Shown: positions 40,580-54,570, counted from the stretch's first letter. The stretch: DNA of 64,000 nt from Octopus sinensis (GCF_006345805.1 NC_043009.1:32426001-32490000), one strand, 5' to 3'. The notes: a model not told the origin generated them from the letters alone. Translations and numbers: made by a program.

Positions 40580-41792
40580 CATAAATACATACATATATAC
40601 ATATTTATATACATAGAGGACAGAAAAAGGATAGAGAGATAATATACATATATCCACACGCATATACAAGCACATGAATGCATTCATATAAATCTAAATA
40701 TATGAATATATATAAATAGAATGGTCGCTTAGCAAAACGAATAACGGCTGCATTACGAACAATGTCGCTCGAAGTATTCCTTCCCCACCACGGTCTACAC
40801 AGCCCCTTGCAAGAAATGTAAGGAAGGTAACCAAGTACAACGTCGTTTGAATTTGGTAATTAAGCATGGCAATATTATGAAACGCGTTATAAAATAAATA
40901 ACTCATTGAATAAGGTATCTAGCAGAGATTGTATTATATGTACATGTAGTTTATCGTATGCTAGAGGACAAAAAGTTACGGCATATATACATCAGTTTAA
41001 AACACATCTAACTCTCAAGAATCAAAGGTCTGATTTATTTTCTTACATTGCTTATATGCTTCATAATATAATATTCGTCAGTAATTTGTAGCCATTGCAG
41101 TATATTTTATCCTTGGTACTGTGTATCAATCAGAGATCTTATAATGAAACAATTATTGCAAGAACTCATGAAACAAATGTCATTATTTTTTATATTATCA
41201 TAATATAAAAGCCATTGTTGTTTTCTTCGCTTTGTTTTTATTCATGGAAATTCACTCTCTCGTTTTATTCTTTGATGAAAGCCTCCATATTCAGCTATTA
41301 CAATTCTGCATTTAATATCGTTTTACTTGCACCTTTCATTTCTTTGTTTTCAAACAATTAATGTCTGTAAAATTAATGCCATTCTAAAAATCATTCTTTT
41401 GTGTTTTAGCAGAATTTGTTAAGACAATATTGTCCAGACTTTGGAAAATGATCAAAGGTAGAAACAACTGAAGTATTCTTTGAGTGAGTTTCCCGTTGAA
41501 ACCGAGCAATCTTTCATTTATATATAATTTAATCAGGATTAAATATTTTATATATCGTTACAGTGACAATTATGTTACAGAGAAATATAACCATAATATT
41601 ATTGGCACCAATTATCTCTGTCTCTGATGACATGCTAACCAAACTCAGCTCCAGCAGAATACAATCTAATGCAAAGAAAGACAACAGGACATACTAAAAT
41701 GCATATAATTCGATGAGCTGGTGTTTCTCGTACTCCACATATTACTATTACTAAAACTATTTCTGCTTGTACTACTACTACAACTTCTTGTT

Positions 41793-41846
<54 letters not shown>

Positions 41847-41847
41847 T

Positions 41848-42058
41848 TGGTGGTTTCAAATTTTGGCACAAGGTCAGCAAGTTCATAGGCGGTGTACATC
41901 GATTACATCGATCCCAGTGCATGACTGGTACTTATTTTATCGACCCCGGAAGGATGAAAGGCTAAGTCGACCAGGGTTGAATTTGAACTCAGAACATAAA
42001 GACTAACGAAATACTGCTAAGCGTTGGTCTAGTATGCAAATGATTCTGCCAGCTCAAC
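41848..42058 (-). mobile_element. SINE family B with (CTA)n at its 3' end
   Basis: Reverse complement gives GAGCTGGCAGAATC head, GAGTTCAAATTC B box, GCCTTTCATCCTTCCGGGGTCGATAAAATAAGTACCAG domain and tail abutting (TAG)n at 41792-41845. Confidence 0.9.
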
Positions 42059-42348
42059 TGAACAAGCATTTTTAGCTGGTCAGAAACGACGAAATTTGAC
42101 AAAATTCAGTCATAGAGCAAACGCAGAATCCGTACGAAAGGAAACGAATGTAATAATTATTACCTTGTGAGGAAACGCAGTAAATTTGAACAAAAGATAT
42201 GGTATGAACATCAGCCACACGCTGGAACGATCTGTAATAATTACAAGATTTTATAGGATTTCTTCATAATTACTGACCATGCTTTTGAAGCAAGATCAAA
42301 TTGATGTCTCTGTCTATCTCTTATTCCTTCTCTCTCTCCCTCCATAAG

Positions 42349-42419
<71 letters not shown>

Positions 42420-43389
42420 TATAGCGTGTGAGATCATAGGATTTCTCTACCTTATCGTACAAATGTTGATATTGAGAAAGGTGAGAAAACAGAAAATGTC
42501 AGAATCCAGACCGAGAGAAGAGACAACTGTTTCTGGGGTACTTGCGCATAATGTACAACACCCAACTTACTGCCCGAGTGGTTGGCTGAAGGTTATTAGA
42601 ATTGTGACATCTATTCTCGTCCAGTACAAAAAAGGTTACGTATTCTGCGAGAATCCTATGAAATAATCTTGAAGCTTGCTAGGCTTGTATAAATTAGCAT
42701 ATAATAGCTTGGTGAATAACAATAATTTCGATAGTGATACCTCTAGATGCCTTTATTACACACATGCATGAATGAAATCCTCCTCACGCATTTTACACAG
42801 ATCTTTATAAATGGGCTCTTGTTGTTTCCATGTTGGTAACAACTTAGTATGTTTGTTGGTTCCTATGTTTTCTTTTCAGTTGGGAAACATTGAATTCGGT
42901 GTTTTTGATTATCGAAATCAAAACGAAGATTTCTCTTCTAAAATTCCCAGAACTTCTCACTGGTGGTGTGATGTAAATATCAGACCTCAGGGCCTCAGGT
43001 TACTCTTATTGTTTGCGTTTTGTTTTAATTTTCAGCTTCAACTTTTCTAGGAGAGTTGACTAGAAAAACCGGGGGAAGTAAATGGCATTTACTGCCACAC
43101 ATGTAGTAGTTGGACTTTTCTACACCTCACAAACAATTTTTCTCTCTGAAAATGAGACATCTCTCCATATTAATTTTTACATTCTCGGAAGTCATTATTA
43201 TTTGTGTACGCAAAGAAGAACCTACCCAAATACAAATTACTAAAGGTCACGTGACCGAATACCACCTGCCTACATTATGGCATGAAGGGTATAAAGAAGG
43301 TTATCATCATCTCAGTTATTTTCACGGTGACCCCTCAATTTTTCGTCCATATTTTGGGGCACTTAGCTAACGCACAGGCGAGCTAAGCA

Positions 43390-43450
43390 CTAGCAAAGGC
43401 CAGCAAGTTCGTAGGCCGTGTACATCAATTACATCGATCTCAGTGCTTGA
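43390..43450 (-). mobile_element. SINE family B, 3' fragment
   Basis: Matches 41866-41917 (CAGCAAGTTC.TAGGC.GTGTACATC.ATTACATCGATC.CAGTGC). Confidence 0.7.
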
Positions 43451-44967
43451 ATAATAGACACAACTTCATCATATCTGTACATTTTACCCTCCTTCAAAAA
43501 GATACAAACATATTTAAAATTCCTTGGAATTAAAGACACACAAAACATAGTGACTTATACTATGAACACACTTCGCTGTGAAGCTATGCAAAATTTCGTT
43601 TAAACATTGGCGGAAATATTCGAAGGTGGCTTAGTTTATTGGACTTTAATATTTCTAACCAAGAAATCTGAATACAGTACTATATTTAAGGGATGAGGAA
43701 TTATATACATTATTTACATTTGACGGATATTTGTCTTTTTTTGTGTTAATATTATTATAACCTCCTGTATTATAAATTCCGAAATTTCAACACAATGATG
43801 TGCAAAAATTGTATAATGAGTATAATATTTTATCGAGCACAACGCGAATTGTACTCAAGCATGTCCTTTATAGCATGACGTCTTATTTCTTTATCAAGAA
43901 TATCATCATTTTTTTTTTAATTCTCTAAAATAGTATGAACTCCTATAACAGGAATTCATATTTATACGCTTTAAGAAGGCAACGTGCGATTGCTGTAAGT
44001 TTTAAAATTTGAATAAGAAACAAACTATAAAACAAAAATAATAAAAGTAAAACACACTTTTTAGACTGTACCTGGTTCCTGTTCAGTAATTGTATCTCAA
44101 CAATACTGAGCAAGGCACGTAACACAATTTTAGAGATGTTCTTCGTTCACCCAATTAGTTTATCAGTTCAAAATAATGAAATTCACAATTCTTGGTCGTT
44201 TTCTTGCCTTAAGTTCTAATCTGTGCCCCAATCTTTTATTTAATTGTCTTCTTTATCTCGCATCGCAGTGTTATCTGTGTTGAAATCCTGATTCTGGCTT
44301 TGCAGCAGATTATTGATCCTTGAAAGAAATTTTCAAAACAACATCAAGGTCTTTAAGAAGCCATGTCAAGCAACGCGGGACGATAGCATGATCAATTTTC
44401 AGATCTTTTTTATCTCTTTCATTGATCCTATAGGTTTCTTCAAAAATGTTCCCAGTCGGTTATCCACCCGCCATTTGTTCTTTGTATGTTAACCTCTAAG
44501 CCACTTGCTAAACCAGTCATTATAAAGTTTAGGATGTTAGGGAACAATAGCTCCAGGGAGACTTTTCCCTTGTCGGAAATGTATTGCTTTAAAAAAAAAT
44601 CATGTCATTTAATTTATTTCTTTCCTTTCGTAGCTGCCGTAATTTCCTTTTCTATCACATATTGTTCTAACTCACTCTGGTTTACTCCATATTTTATCCA
44701 GTTATCTGTTACTTTGTATGTCACAAAACCTGGATACCTCATCCATGTTTCTATGTAACGCTTTTCAAAATTACGTCGTTTTTTTTCCTCTTTTATAACA
44801 AAGGTATCAAAATGTACAATCTGAATAATATCAGAGATTATTCATATCAAAGATTATACTATCATTTTCCTTTTGTTCTGAAATGAAAATGAGCTACGAA
44901 CGGTCTATGAACAATCTCTTGTAGATGCAGACTTGTATGAGTGTGCACACACCCACACACACGAACG

Positions 44968-45031
<64 letters not shown>

Positions 45032-45037
45032 ATATAT

Positions 45038-45190
45038 ATATGTGGCTATTATTCGGTAGCCATGATAAAACTCGGATGCCGAGGTGGAATTTTTCCGATG
45101 ACCGGATAACTGAAGAGATGACGGCGTGGATTTCCACCCCGGCATCCGAAACTCGGAGTTTATCATGGGTACCGAATAATAGTCACATAT
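45038..45190. mobile_element. ~150-bp self-complementary mini-element, probably Penelope pLTR-derived
   Basis: Outer arms 45038-45073 / 45156-45190 (2 mismatches, 1 indel); inner arms 45074-45090 / 45130-45147; left side abuts (TA)n. Confidence 0.6.
45104..45164 (+). ncRNA. Putative type I hammerhead ribozyme motif
   Basis: CTGAAGA core (45110-45116); stem II with 11/13 pairs and ATTT loop (45117-45146); GAAAC (45148-45152); short stem III C-TCGGA-G; GTT triplet (45158-45160); stem I GATA/TATC. There are two one-nucleotide register irregularities (A45109 and C45147). Confidence 0.55.
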
Positions 45191-45674
45191 TGCATTTACA
45201 GATAAATCCCTCTATTTACATAATATCTCTTTCATTCTTTTGTTGTCTTACCATTTTTATCAATATATATATATATATATATATATAACAACAAAATAAT
45301 AAATAAAATATATGCATATATACATACATATATGTACGTACCTACATTTATATGTATATGTACATATATGGGTACAGGACACCAAAAAACGTCGAACACA
45401 ATGTCTTGTACTCTTTTTTTCGTTGTTTAGAAAAATGTCCATTTCCTTAGTTTTCTGTTTATGTTTTCGTTTCTCATTGTGTACGACGTTTTTTGGTGTC
45501 CTGCTCCCATATAAGCATGTATATATACATATATATGTAGGTACGTACATATATGTATCCATATATGCATATGTTTTATTTATTAATTTGTTATTATATG
45601 ATGGAACGCCACGCATCCGCTTCTAAGTAAGTTTTATCTATCTATCTATGTATCTATCTATCTATGTATCTATG

Positions 45675-45729
<55 letters not shown>

Positions 45730-47198
45730 ATATATATATATATATTATATATATATATATAATATATATATATAATATATATAAGACAAGCTATAAATAA
45801 TGGTCATTACATATTTTTTCTTTATTGGATTAAATTTGGCTTACAGCTGTATGTCGTCATAGGTTCGTTACTGATAGGTTTACTCAATCCATTTATTGAT
45901 CAGTTGAGAAAAGTTGAACGATCTAAAACATTAATGCTGCTTTCGTCAGAGCCATTTCTCGTAATTGATAGTTATATATTTATATATACGTGTAAATATC
46001 CTCAAATTCACAGTAATCTAGATAGTCGGTTACTACACTTATGTGTTATGATATTACAAATTACAAATATTGACAGTTTCCAATTATATGTACTAACATT
46101 CTACTCAAATGTATATAATACCAAACGAATATCTATGCAGAACTTATGTTTACTGCCTGATTGGAATTTGGTCACACATAGTTTCACATGGAATACCAAG
46201 GAAATGTTAGATGTCATATTATCGCATTCGAAATAGCATCGTTTCAATACACACCCCACACACGGTTACAGACACCATATAATATGGCTATGGTGGTTTA
46301 GCAGTCATCATAAAATAGATGCGGACATGTTAAGTATTGAGTCATGTCCGCTGCTTATGTACAAAATTCCTCTCGAAAATTATATCTCACTTTCCAGTCA
46401 CTTCAATCTATCTAATTAACTAAACATACTTAACTTCAAAATTCATCAGCAGACAATACCTTTCCACTCTCCCCATGTGGCCATGGAGCCTGACATGTAT
46501 AAGCACGTAAATGATGGAATGGACGATCAGAGCCAGAAAATAAACGAGTCATTTTAAAACAAATTAAGTAGTTCGAATATTGTATAATGTGGAAGAATTC
46601 TTCACACCATTTTATCCCTCATGCAAGGGCATTCAGCCTCAAAGCATGTAACGCATGTCAATTTATAAATATATTAGATTGTTATCTCTGTTTTCGTAAT
46701 TTGCAATTAAACTATTGTTATATGGTGCTAGACCATCATTGAAGCATTTACTACTGGAATTATCTACTAAACAATTCTTTATTTGCGTGTACCAACTAGA
46801 AGTAATTTCAACATAAGTGTTGTCGTTTATCATGGTAAATTCCTTAAAACTAATTTATTCTCAATGATATTGTTCGCTATTATTTTCATCATCATTAAAA
46901 ATACTCTCTCATGTTTTCTTTAGCTTTTTTTTTACACGACCAAACGTTCTTGTCTCAATGAAATATTTTACAGTAAATCATGAAACCAGTAATTAGTAGA
47001 AGTGCTAATGTTTGCACTTGTATTGCATGATATGCTTACTTGCAATGCTATGGAGAATCCAAATATAAGCCAACCATATCATTGTTGGACAGAGCGTTAT
47101 AAACAAAAGCAAATAATTTATTACACAGACATAGCAAAATTTCTAGTAAGCTATCACTGAACTCCTAGCATAACATTTATTATGTGTTTTATGATATA

Positions 47199-47713
47199 TG
47201 ACTAGCAGATATGATAAACATTAGTATAGAAAATTAGGCTTTTATTAGTAAAGCACAATTGCATAAAATTAATTTAGGAATGCTCTTGTCAGAAAATGTT
47301 TAGCTTTTCAAGGAGCGACATATGTTATTGAATATATTTGGTGAAAACAAATGAGTGACTTTAAAATAGTATCTTTAATATTGCTCTGTAACAACGCTAG
47401 GGCCATCCTATTTAGTGACAGGTAAAGGACACTAAGTAGGACAAAATTCTTATAATTATCATAATTTATAAGCTGTAGGAACTGTATGACCTGTCACTAA
47501 ATAGGATGGCCCTAGCGTTGTTACAGAGCAATATTAAAGATACTATTTTAAAGTCACTCATTTGTTTTCACCAAATATATTCAATAACATATGTCGCTCC
47601 TTGAAAAGCTAAACATTTTCTGACAAGAGCATTCCTAAATTAATTTTATGCAATTGTGCTTTACTAATAAAAGCCTAATTTTCTATACTAATGTTTATCA
47701 TATCTGCTAGTCA
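47199..47713. repeat. Perfect inverted repeat, 225-bp arms, 65-nt spacer
   Basis: 47199-47423 reads as the exact reverse complement of 47489-47713; no TSD seen. Confidence 0.95.
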
Positions 47714-48219
47714 ATAATGTGAGAGTTTTCATCTCCCTTTGTCAATTACTTATATATCAATATCTAGAATGAATCGTTTGAGGATTTGGTTTGGGTCTGA
47801 AACAGATTAGAATAAATACAATGGGGTCGAAACCGATATTCACTGGGTGTTGAAATATTTTAATGCATTCCTTAAGTTTCCCTACCCCAACTGTTTCAAC
47901 ACATAGCCCAAAATATATTAAAAAAAACATAATGATATAAATAAACTTATAGTTTCTAAGTACTTTCTGTGATTACTTTAACAACAAAAGCCGGGCAAAC
48001 ATACCCATATCTGAGCGGCTCCTAAGTTTAGTTATTAGGATCGATTTTGCAAGCTTCAAGTCGTTGAAGAGAGTTAACATGTTGTGAACAGTCATATTAA
48101 TTGTGTGGGAGCAAAGTTGCGTTAATTTACTAGTATTCGTACTAGCGTCTAGCATAAAGTATATAGTTTATTCGGCTATACACAGAATAAACACTTGTAG
48201 ATTGAAATCTTGTCAGAAC

Positions 48220-48250
<31 letters not shown>

Positions 48251-48320
48251 CATATATGTGTGTATATATAAATGTTTCGTTTTGGGATTTGGTTTGCAAG
48301 TTCGTGTGTTGAAGCATATT

Positions 48321-48504
48321 CTGTTGTGTCTGGGGAGAGTCATTCTCTTTGAGTACCTTATTATTTAACACACTCACGGGTAAAATTTCCACTTATTTCA
48401 TCATTTTATTTTCCTAAAATTTTCATTGCGTCTTGCAACATTTTCAATAGTCTTGTGTTAAATAATAAGGTACTAAAAGAGAATGACCCTCCCCAGACAC
48501 AACA

Positions 48505-48505
<1 letters not shown>
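48321..48505. repeat. Inverted repeat, 52-bp arms (2 mismatches), 81-nt spacer, abutting (TA)n
   Basis: 48321-48372 vs 48454-48505. Confidence 0.9.
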
Positions 48506-48559
<54 letters not shown>

Positions 48560-49450
48560 AATGAAATTTAGTTCTCGCACAAATATTTTTTCCTGAATCT
48601 TCATTTCCTCTCTCTTTCTATCTTTTCTTCTCACCTGCTCACTCTGCGTATGTACACAAACATCCATAATCACATATGTGTATTGAGATGAACACACGAA
48701 CACATACACTCACACACACATTATACGAAGAGGGCATTCATTTTCTCCTGTTGAATTTCCCCCTTTTCTGTCCAAATATATGTCAATCATGGAATTTTCC
48801 TATTATTATCTTTTCTATTTGCACAAAAGTATTAAATACAAAGAAAAATGGATAGAATCTTATTCGAATTCTTGCTGCTTTCAGAAGAACAAACCAAAGG
48901 TCAACACGGAAATATAATTCGTTTCATGACATCTACAATGTTTCCTTCACTTGAATCAATCCTTTGATGTATTCGCTGCATGCAAGGATAAGCATCTCGT
49001 CTGTCCAACCACGAAATGCCACCATTTTCAAAACACTTTTAGAAACAGAGGAAGAGAAGACTATTTTAGATGAGTGCGAACATAGAAAATGAACTCAGCT
49101 ATTTTTCTTGTTATAAAAAAAATAACTAATTGTGAGTGTCTGCGTATTTGATGGTCTGTACATGAGAGAGAGTTCGCTTCCTCGACTTATTCTGTATCAC
49201 TCTCCGTTCTCCGTATTACACCATTAAATATTGTTGTTGTGGTGTTTTTCTGTTATTCAACTTAACCACAATAATTATCCTCACATTTCCTCGCTCTTTC
49301 GCCGATTTTCTCTTTCAAACATATTTCAAAATACTATATACAACAATAAGCCAATTATTGTGTTTGACTCCTCGAATCGCAGTTATATGTGACTGGCCGA
49401 TTGTCATCACTATTGGAATAATGCATATTACTATGTATTACATAAATAAA

Positions 49451-49560
49451 TGAAAAACAAAGTCAACCTCGGTGGAATTTGAACTGAGAATGCAAAGACG
49501 GACGAAATGCCGCTAAGCATTTCGTCCGGGATGCTAACGATTCTGCCGGCTTGTCGCTTT
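49451..49560 (-). mobile_element. SINE family B, 5' half
   Basis: Reverse complement gives GCGACAAGCCGGCAGAATCGTTAGC...CAGTTCAAATTCCACCGAGGTTGACTTTG; 11-bp internal hairpin GGACGAAATGC/GCATTTCGTCC. Confidence 0.85.
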
Positions 49561-50545
49561 AGAATTAGTTGCATATTAACTGCTTAATATTCTTTTCCAT
49601 AAAAGACAAGAATGTTTCTTTTCTGAGGTAGTTCTGGTCAAAGACATTGTGTAGTGAAAGCAACTACAAAGCTTGACGAGAGAACCACACATCTTCGGCA
49701 AAGCCAGCATTAATTTTCTCAAGTTCTACTTTGAAAGAAAGGTGAGGCTGACGAGAATGTATTACTTCCAGGAAAGTTTTTGTATTTGGATCCTAAAGTA
49801 GTTGTTTAAAAGCCGGGGATTATAATAGAGACAGGGCACTTGGCAATGAAGGTAATTATATATCTATTTTTTGGTTTCCTTCATTGGCCTTAGATCAGGC
49901 TGTCCTCCATTCCTGCTTCATACATTCACTAGTATTACAATTACTTAGTTATATCACGTGGTACTGGGAACATATAACCTCGTGGTTGGGTGAACAGCGA
50001 TCAAACTTTTGGTCACCCTGAAGAGTAGAAAACAATGAAAGTCGGACGAGTTCGAATGAGTCAATTGCTATAATGTAGGTATATTTACATTAACCATGCG
50101 TGTTAGGTGGCATGAATTCATAACATTCAAATCAGGAACGGGACAAGTAATATTCAGAACCACAGCTTCGGAGTAGGAGGCAGTAGGTTAAGGGGGAACT
50201 TGTTGAGTTGGCAATGTACCGTCATGCAGTGTTTGATGCCATAATTCATAACAAACAACAGGAATGAGGTCTTATGCCTGGATACATAACAAATTAGATA
50301 ACACTGCAATGTCTTTACAAACGTTGGATGTACCAGTAGCTGATTTTGCAGCTAAATATTTCTTTCGGATAGCCTTCGTTTTCCTTATCATTCAGATGAG
50401 CAGACACCCTATTGGCGAATTTGAATGGTAGGGCTTTCTGTGTTGTTGACAAGTTGGTTATCGGGATTACAACTTGAGGGTCTCTGTATATTTGCTTTGG
50501 TGTACCAATGTTGTTTTCCTATTTCAACTAACAGGCCACACCAGC

Positions 50546-50730
<185 letters not shown>

Positions 50731-51428
50731 CATTGTTTTTGTAACGTGTTTTTCTTTTTCTTTATTGTAATTTGATTCTTCAAGGTAAGTCTGTCACTTG
50801 AAAGAAACAAAATGTACCTAACCAGACATAATAACAATAGATAAATACACTTTCCGTGGTTTTTCTTTCCTGCTGTGTTATTTCATGTTTTACAGAGACA
50901 AACAAACTAAACTAAACTAACAATTCAGAGAAGAAAGAAGAAATGTTATAACAGTTTGACTGTCGAAAATTCTCGACTTTTTTTCTTAGTCAGACTTCAT
51001 GTGAAACTTGATGTAAACTGAACCGTCTCCACAATACTCAACTGATTGCAAAGTTTTAATAGCAAATAATAAAATATACATTACGTACTATTAGAACTAA
51101 TTCAAAAACAAGCGTTGATTTAAAGAATCTAAACACAAGGTGTGCCGCTGAGATTCTTACCGGGCGGTGACTTGCGAGTGACGGCTGAGCATTTTTTAAG
51201 AAGTAGCAACACATTTTAAAATGATCGAATATCACGTCTATCACAAGCATAGAAATGGTAAATAGGTAAAAATGTGATCTTTTATTTAATGTTTAATATT
51301 TTATATTTCGGTGATTTTCCTCTCAAAGCATCATAAAACTAATCTTTCTTTGTTTTTTCTACAGATGCAAATATAACTTCTTATTAAGAAATTCGAATTA
51401 TTCCTCTCAAAATATCAATATATTTAGT

Positions 51429-51625
51429 AAGGCGGTGAACTGGTAGAATCGTTACAACGCTGAGAAAGAGGCTTAACAACATTTCGTCAGTCTCTACGTT
51501 CAGGGTCAAAATTCCGTCCAGTTTGACTTTCCCTTTCATCCTTTTGGAGTTGATAAAATAAGCACCAGTGGAGAACTGGGGTCGATGTAATCGGCTTAAC
51601 TCATCTTCCAAAAATTTAAAACCAA
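51429..51625 (+). mobile_element. SINE family B
   Basis: Head, central CCTTTCATCC..GATAAAATAAGCACCAG and CTGGGGTCGATGTAATCG motifs. Confidence 0.85.
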
Positions 51626-53094
51626 TATTAATACATTCAGTTACCTACGTGTGTTCCTATAGAAGAAACATTAAAGTTGTACACCTATCTATGCAAGTAA
51701 TTATATCTGCCAGTCCTCTATGATCTGGCGGGGGGGGGGCTGAGTAGATCGAATAGGACCACAAAACTTGCAAAGCTTTTTCTATCCTATTTACCACAAA
51801 TCTGACGCACTTCAATTGTGATTAATTGGAATGTCGGAATTGTTTCCTTTCCTTCAAGTGATTAATTTAATCAAAGCTAATTTGTTTGTTTTGTTTTCTA
51901 TACTCGATACGGTCATAATTTTCATTGACAAACATTTTTAGTTTGCTACATTAATTACATATATTAGCATCAATGAGCTATTTTAATTTCATGCAGAAAC
52001 CTTCTCCATGTAGTTTTAAGCGTTCATTATTTTTTTTGTACCTAAGTTAGTATTGTTTTATCAGCAGAATTTATGTTTTATTTGTGATTTATTAAGAAAG
52101 GTATTAACTACCTTTCATATTTTTCTGAAAGTAATCGAAGATATTTTTAAAACAAACATAAAGTTCTCAAAATTAAATTTAACAAAATAAAATTATTCTG
52201 CTGAGTATTTCAGAAAACTTTTATATGTTCTTAATATATATATTCTTTCATCTCTTTGTTTCAACTAGAAACCTACAATATAATATACTTTCATTTCTCC
52301 TTCCATTACGTGGTCTACTCCTCTCCAGCTCACCATCTCTAACTCCTCACTTGATTCGCCACCTTCACTTTATTGAATTTTTTTTTCTGCTTTGTTTTAA
52401 TTAAAGCTGAAAATAACGCCATTAGGCAGGTTCTGCGTTTTTCACCAAATGTATTTAATGTATGTAACTAACGACTTCAATTAAACTGGCGCCATTTAAC
52501 ATTCCACTAAATAAGCTGGATATATAATGGCCTTCTTTCAAACATATCTACCTGAAAATGTTACTTTTTTCTCAAATGAATACTTATATAATATCTTCAG
52601 TATTTATTTGTAATTTTATTCATTTTTAAATTCCGTTTTTCTTGTGTGAGTGTGCGTAGAGTTAAGTGATTTTATCAAACCATTTTCTTGTTGTTTTACT
52701 CCACTCACTTTTGTTAGATTCCAAATGATTGAAATTTATAAAACAATATACAAGAAAAATTGTAATTAACTTAAAAATATTAATTGCAGTTTAAATCAAT
52801 AAATACATTTAACTTGCTATAATTATCCCCTCTCTTTCTCCGTTATATCTCTCTCACTAAATTTTTCGCTCTCTCTCATGTCTCTCTCTCTCTCTCTCTG
52901 TCTCTTCACTTCTCAAATTATTAGTAGAAAGTTCTCTCTAAAATAATGGTTTTCCTTTTGTTATTTAGATTATCGTTAGGTCCTGTCCTTTTTTCTGTTA
53001 AGAAGCATCCACTGAGATAAGATAATTCGAAATTGTGTAATTTCATCACAACAATAGTGATACTTATAGGGGGTGGAAATGTAAGGGAGGAGGG

Positions 53095-53330
53095 GGATGG
53101 AGCTGGTGGTGATGGTGGTGAGGATGGGGACGAGAACGGATGATGAAGGTGGTTTTGAAGATAGTAATGAGGATGGTGATAATGACGACAACGATGACGA
53201 CGATGATGTTAATGATGAGATTGATGGAAGTATTTTTGGGGGAATTAGGAAAAATGTTGATGAGTTAGCAATACTACATATATTGATGATTTTATTAGTG
53301 ATGATGATGACCACCATGACAATGGCATTG
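53095..53330. repeat. Degenerate (GAT/GGT)n low-complexity tract
   Basis: Visible; source of the acidic ORF at 53097. Confidence 0.85.
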
Positions 53331-53925
53331 ACATTTATTGATCGATGACCTCAAATCACATCCATTAGATTCGCCCACGACAGAATTAATGATGAAAGCT
53401 TTTTAAATTCGAAGCCAGAAAAATTTACGTAATTTGAAACACAACTAAAAAGGGTACAGGAGAATAACAGTTTATTGACAATAGACAAAACAGCTGAACA
53501 ATATGAATGCAAAGAGAATGGTAAGAATATGGAACAAATTAGATCTTCATTCAGGCAGAGACTCTCTCTGGTCCGTCCAAATCTCGACGCTGATTAAAAT
53601 ATTGTATATAAAATATATAAAATCTACATAAGCCTATAACATCGAAAGTTGTGTCGAATAATTTTAGAGTTTTATTCCGCATCGACGTTTCCATCACCTT
53701 TTTATCACTCCGGGCTCAATAAAAGAAATACTAGTTATGAACTGGGACTGAATATGATCCACTAATTGCCATTCCAAACTATTGGTTCCTTGCCTAAATT
53801 AGAAATAATAATCACACATACATATATACACACACACACACACATATATACGCACACACAAAATATATGCTTATATAAGTGCATCTTTCGTTGGACTTTG
53901 ATTAATAAAGATATAATATATATAT

Positions 53926-53996
<71 letters not shown>

Positions 53997-54268
53997 CTAT
54001 GTATATATATATATATATATATATCATAATCAGCTATCTAAAAGTGATATAGCAATATTATAGAGATATGAATCCAGTTAAGGTGGACCGCTAGTCCTCT
54101 ATATCCCCTCTACCTGTGGAAACAGTATTGCTTTCTTCGAGAAATCTAAGCAAAGGTTCTGGGACTCCTAACTGTAAGTGTTCCCGCTGCACTTTTTGTA
54201 GACCCATTTTATATCTAATTTGTGGCCCATTTTTGACATTCAAAGCGCGACCAAACAGCAATATATGC

Positions 54269-54304
<36 letters not shown>

Positions 54305-54570
54305 CATATATGCAAATACACAAACACACTTACACAAACCCACATATAAAACGTTATTAGCACTCTGTATAACGAAACCTGAAAAGGTTATTTGCATATA
54401 TATTCCTAACATACCGAGGTGCTTTCGTACGCAACATATGCTTTTCGCTGCAGCGTAGAATATAGGAGCATAACATTTTTTTGGGCATTAGTGAGTTCAA
54501 CATACTAAGATTATTGGCACATGCCATTTTGGTGCGCCGGTGTTTGAAGATGATGTTCTCATCACCCATA

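Noticed and set aside
43687-43736. Fragment I recall as an abundant octopus Penelope-associated repeat
   Set aside because: Recognition is from memory only, there is no second copy in the window, and it is truncated before any diagnostic motif.
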